From: Gaiellales bacterium
Lineage (GTDB): Bacteria; Actinomycetota; Thermoleophilia; Gaiellales; F1-60-MAGs149
DNA: 30,726 bases
Direction: 5' to 3'
Assembly: GCA_030831375.1 (NCBI GenBank)
Contig: JAURLF010000150.1
Span: 1-30,726 of the forward strand
Of the stretch, positions 28,216 through 30,726 are shown one piece after another. The notes under the pieces are model-generated. The model ran no database searches, was not told where the DNA came from, and saw only the letters and a program-made list of their open reading frames with translations. Numbering within the stretch: position 1 is the stretch's first letter; every line of letters starts with the position of its first letter. The position numbers and the translations under genes were made by a program.

Positions 28216-28216
28216 C

Positions 28217-28321
28217 TCAGCGCCAGATCGCGTTGATCGGATCCCACAGGACCGACAGCAGGAACAGGCCCATCGCGACGAGCACGACGATGGCGACGAT
28301 GCGGACGGTGGCCTGACTCAT
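28217..28321 (-). CDS. 34-aa single-helix membrane microprotein
   Basis: Manual translation MSQATVRIVAIVVLVAMGLFLLSVLWDPINAIWR*; nearly all codons end in G/C; TAGCCT 7 nt upstream. Below the ORF-track cutoff. Confidence 0.65.
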   Translation of the reverse strand: MSQATVRIVAIVVLVAMGLFLLSVLWDPINAIWR

Positions 28322-28484
28322 GCCCCTCAGGCTACTCGCAGGACCCTGCTCGATCCGTCAGGATGCGATTCGTCACACCCTCGCCACAATCGGTCTGTGA
28401 CGCGGGTGGGCCTGGAAGGGACCCGTCGGCGTGCGTGTCGCTTCAACGTGCCGGTGTCCGTCCGGGTCTGGTCAGGCTGCCCGT

Positions 28485-28748
28485 GTGGAGATCCGCCTTA
28501 CGCACCACGCGCGACAGCGGTCGGTCGAGCGCGGCATCGGACTCGACGAGATCCACGCGGCCTGCCTCGACCCGGACCACGTCGAGCCAAAGCAGCTGAC
28601 GCCCTCGGGAGAGGCCGGCCTGTCCTTCGTCCGGGACTTCCCCGCCGGCGGGATCGAGGTGATCGCGGTCGACATCGCCGAGGGCCTGCTGGTCCTCACC
28701 GTCGGTCGGGCGCGAGGTCCCTCACGACCTCGGAGGAGACACAGATGA
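28485..28748 (+). CDS. DUF4258-like (RelE/BrnT-fold) putative toxin, 87 aa
   Basis: IRLTHHARQRSVERGI helix motif and C-terminal LLVLTV strand; GTG 28485, 6 nt after CAGGCT. Confidence 0.65.
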   Translation: MEIRLTHHARQRSVERGIGLDEIHAACLDPDHVEPKQLTPSGEAGLSFVRDFPAGGIEVIAVDIAEGLLVLTVGRARGPSRPRRRHR

Positions 28749-29023
28749 GCACCTACAATGCCCCCATGGCGTTCACCGTCACGCGCGACCCCGAGGGGGG
28801 GATCCTGCTCGTGCGCTTCACGAGCGCCAAGATCCACCACACCGAGGAGGTGCGAGACGACGAGGGGTACCTCGTCGCCCTCGTCGACGTGGCGGCGGAC
28901 GGCTCGGTGGTCGACGTCGAGATCATCAACCTCGACCACTTCGACCTCGACGCCTGCGCCGCGCGCTACGGCTTCGCCGACCGCGCGGGCGCGATCGGGG
29001 CGGCGCTCGCGGCTGTGGCCTGA
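28745..29023 (+). CDS. DUF2283-like acidic putative antitoxin, 92 aa
   Basis: RDPEGGILLVRF...TEEV...VDVAADGSVVDVEII; ATGA overlap with the upstream gene and GGAGGA RBS at 28732. Confidence 0.65.
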   Translation: MSTYNAPMAFTVTRDPEGGILLVRFTSAKIHHTEEVRDDEGYLVALVDVAADGSVVDVEIINLDHFDLDACAARYGFADRAGAIGAALAAVA

Positions 29024-29880
29024 CGGCGCACCGTGCCCCGGAACACGTCGATCGCCCGCCAGTCGGAGGCCGTCGTCGTCTCCAGGTTGTAGAGGCTGAA
29101 GCCGGCCGCGCCCGCCGCGCGGGCGCCCCGCGCGGCCGCCACCAGCTGCCGCGTCGACAGGAAGTCCGTGACGCCGCCGATGACGTGCACGGGCACGGAC
29201 GGGTCGCCCGTCTCGCGGCGGACCGTCTCGACGCAGTCGGCGGCCATCGCTCGCGTCTGCCGCGCCGTCAGGTAGCGCGACGTGTAGCACATCGGCATCA
29301 TCGCGTCGGTGTTCGCGCGGATCTCCGCGTAGGGGAAGATCCGCCACCAGGCGAGGGCGTCGCGGGGCACGATCCCGGCCATCGGCAGGTTCGGGTAGGC
29401 GGCCCTCAGCCACGCGACCATCTGCGCGGCCCGGCGCGCCCGCAGCTGCCGGTTCGGGACGATGTCGGCCTCGATGTCGACGCCGAGGCCGTCGACGGGC
29501 AGCTCGGCACCGCCGACCTCGACGGCGGCGCGGAAGCGGCGCCGGTCGAGCCGGACGTTCCGGTACCCGGGCAGGTACCACGGCACCACGCGGATGCCGG
29601 CCGGGCGGGCCAGCCGGATCACCTCGCGGACCGCCGCGGGGAACATCACGTCGCGCGGGCTGCGGTAGTTCGACGTCTCGATGTAGATCACGTCGATGTC
29701 GTGCGCGACGGCCTCTCCGACGATGAACGCCGGGTCGTCGATGATCTCGTCGTAGATGTCTACCCACAGGCCGGTGCCGGCGAAGACGGCGGCGCGCTCG
29801 GCCGTGCCCGCTGACGCCGCGGCCGGCGTGAGCAGGCAGAGCAGGGCGATCGCAGTGGACGCTGCCCGGCCGATCGGCAT
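28966..29880 (-). CDS. Secreted TIM-barrel glycoside hydrolase-like protein (GH18-like motif), 304 aa
   Basis: Signal peptide; strands GLWVD, IYIE, VVPWY, DGLGVDIE, MMPMCY, VHVIGG, GFSLY. ATG 29880, 6 nt from TACGAT. Confidence 0.7.
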   Translation of the reverse strand: MPIGRAASTAIALLCLLTPAAASAGTAERAAVFAGTGLWVDIYDEIIDDPAFIVGEAVAHDIDVIYIETSNYRSPRDVMFPAAVREVIRLARPAGIRVVPWYLPGYRNVRLDRRRFRAAVEVGGAELPVDGLGVDIEADIVPNRQLRARRAAQMVAWLRAAYPNLPMAGIVPRDALAWWRIFPYAEIRANTDAMMPMCYTSRYLTARQTRAMAADCVETVRRETGDPSVPVHVIGGVTDFLSTRQLVAAARGARAAGAAGFSLYNLETTTASDWRAIDVFRGTVRRQATAASAAPIAPARSAKP

Positions 29881-29967
29881 GGGCCCATCGTACGGCTGCG
29901 GATCGCGCCCCGGGGAAGATCGCAGGCGTTCCCCGCGGCCCGAGTGCGGATTCGCCACCGAACGCCG

Positions 29968-30132
29968 ATGGCGAGCGCGCTGACCAGGCCCGAGCTCGAC
30001 CATCGCAGCCAGGCACCGGAGAGCGCCTGCCGGGTGATCGCGCGCGACGGCGTCGATGGCATCCGCTCGCAGCGGGTCGCGGACGAGGCGAGCGGCTCGG
30101 CACCGCCGCCGTCCGTGGCTAGTCTGCTCTGG
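29968..30132 (+). pseudogene. Truncated TetR-family regulator relic (N-terminal HTH start only)
   Basis: ESACRVIARDGVDGIRSQRVADEASGS resembles TetR helices 1-2; the expected helix 3 (..YYYF) and ligand domain are missing. Confidence 0.5.
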
Positions 30133-30311
30133 ATGCGCCGCCTGCTCCGCCGCCCCGCGTTCCGCTTCGCGCTCGCCTGCCTGCGAAGCCGGGGAAGGCG
30201 GTCAAGCCGCAGCGCCGGCCCGTGCGCGGCAACGCCACGATGGTGGCGGCGACGGGCAGGGCGCGGGCGCTGCCCGCGGCCTGCCGGGCGTTGATCCGGC
30301 ACCTTCCCTGA
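30133..30311 (+). pseudogene. Frameshifted small gene (signal-peptide-like start)
   Basis: TAGTCT, 7 nt, ATG 30133: MRRLLRRPAFRFALACL with all-GC3 codons; GC3 bias then moves to the -1 frame at 30183 (AKPGKAVKPQ...IRHLP*, TGA 30309-30311). Confidence 0.4.
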
Positions 30312-30324
30312 CGGATGGCCGGGG

Positions 30325-30708
30325 TCAGCGCGCCGCGACGGTGATCGTGATCGGGATGCGCTTGCTCGGAGCCGAGGCGCCCCGCGCGAAGTAGCCGACG
30401 ACGCCCTTCGTCGTGCCGGGCGCGACGCCGACCACGTAGACGGTCATGCGGCCCGCCGGCCCGTTGACGATGTCGTTCATCGGGATCTGCTGGATCGGCA
30501 GCGGCCGTGCGATCGTGCGATTCGGCCTGCGGATCCAGCGCCAGCGGTGCCCGGTGCGGGCGTTCGACAGCACCATGAACCCCTTCTCCGCGCCGGGCGC
30601 GACCGTGATCTCGCGCGGCGTCAGGGTGACCACGCGGCCCAGCGCTGCGGGCGCGAGCCCGGAGAGCCCGGCGAGTGCGATCAGCGAGAGCGCGAGAAGA
30701 CGCCGCAC
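30325..30708 (-). CDS. Secreted chagasin/I42 peptidase-inhibitor-like protein, ~127 aa
   Basis: Signal peptide; ITVAPG..GFMVLSNARTGHRW resembles the chagasin NPTTG(Y)xW loop; beta-rich end G..KGVVGY...ITITV. GTG 30708 is 7 nt from CAGGAT (track start ATG 30717 is the alternative). Confidence 0.6.
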   Translation of the reverse strand: MRRLLALSLIALAGLSGLAPAALGRVVTLTPREITVAPGAEKGFMVLSNARTGHRWRWIRRPNRTIARPLPIQQIPMNDIVNGPAGRMTVYVVGVAPGTTKGVVGYFARGASAPSKRIPITITVAAR

Positions 30709-30726
30709 GGACCCCATCCTGCCACG

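Overview
Very GC-rich (by eye, not computed), gene-dense chromosomal window of an actinobacterium-like organism; the lineage is an inference from GC content, leaderless genes and actinobacterial-type SoxB/MmpL. About 32 real CDSs plus two gene relics; most long ORFs in the supplied track are GC shadow frames or have over-extended starts. Left half (1-14 kb) is an amine/amide catabolic region: partial copper amine oxidase (absent from the ORF track), Zn-alcohol dehydrogenase, DUF2892-like+MmpL pair, soxBDAG, AS-family amidase, proline-iminopeptidase-like hydrolase, NylB-like serine hydrolase and AruH-like aminotransferase. Then typA, a secreted alpha/beta hydrolase, cyclase-family hydrolase, membrane protein/OsmC pair, subtilase, a second NylB-like hydrolase, TRIC channel, PQQ-like beta-propeller, a 56-aa Cys/His-rich protein, ABC-2 exporter, class I glutamine amidotransferase, secreted HNH nuclease with two Excalibur repeats, MOSC protein, a 34-aa membrane microprotein (absent from the track), a DUF4258/DUF2283-like toxin-antitoxin candidate, a GH18-like secreted protein, a TetR relic plus a frameshifted gene, and a chagasin-like protein. 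About 20 start codons sit 5-9 nt downstream of a NANNNT hexamer without a Shine-Dalgarno, pointing to pervasive leaderless transcription. No rRNA, tRNA, CRISPR array or transposase was seen. All family assignments are from motif recognition, not database searches.
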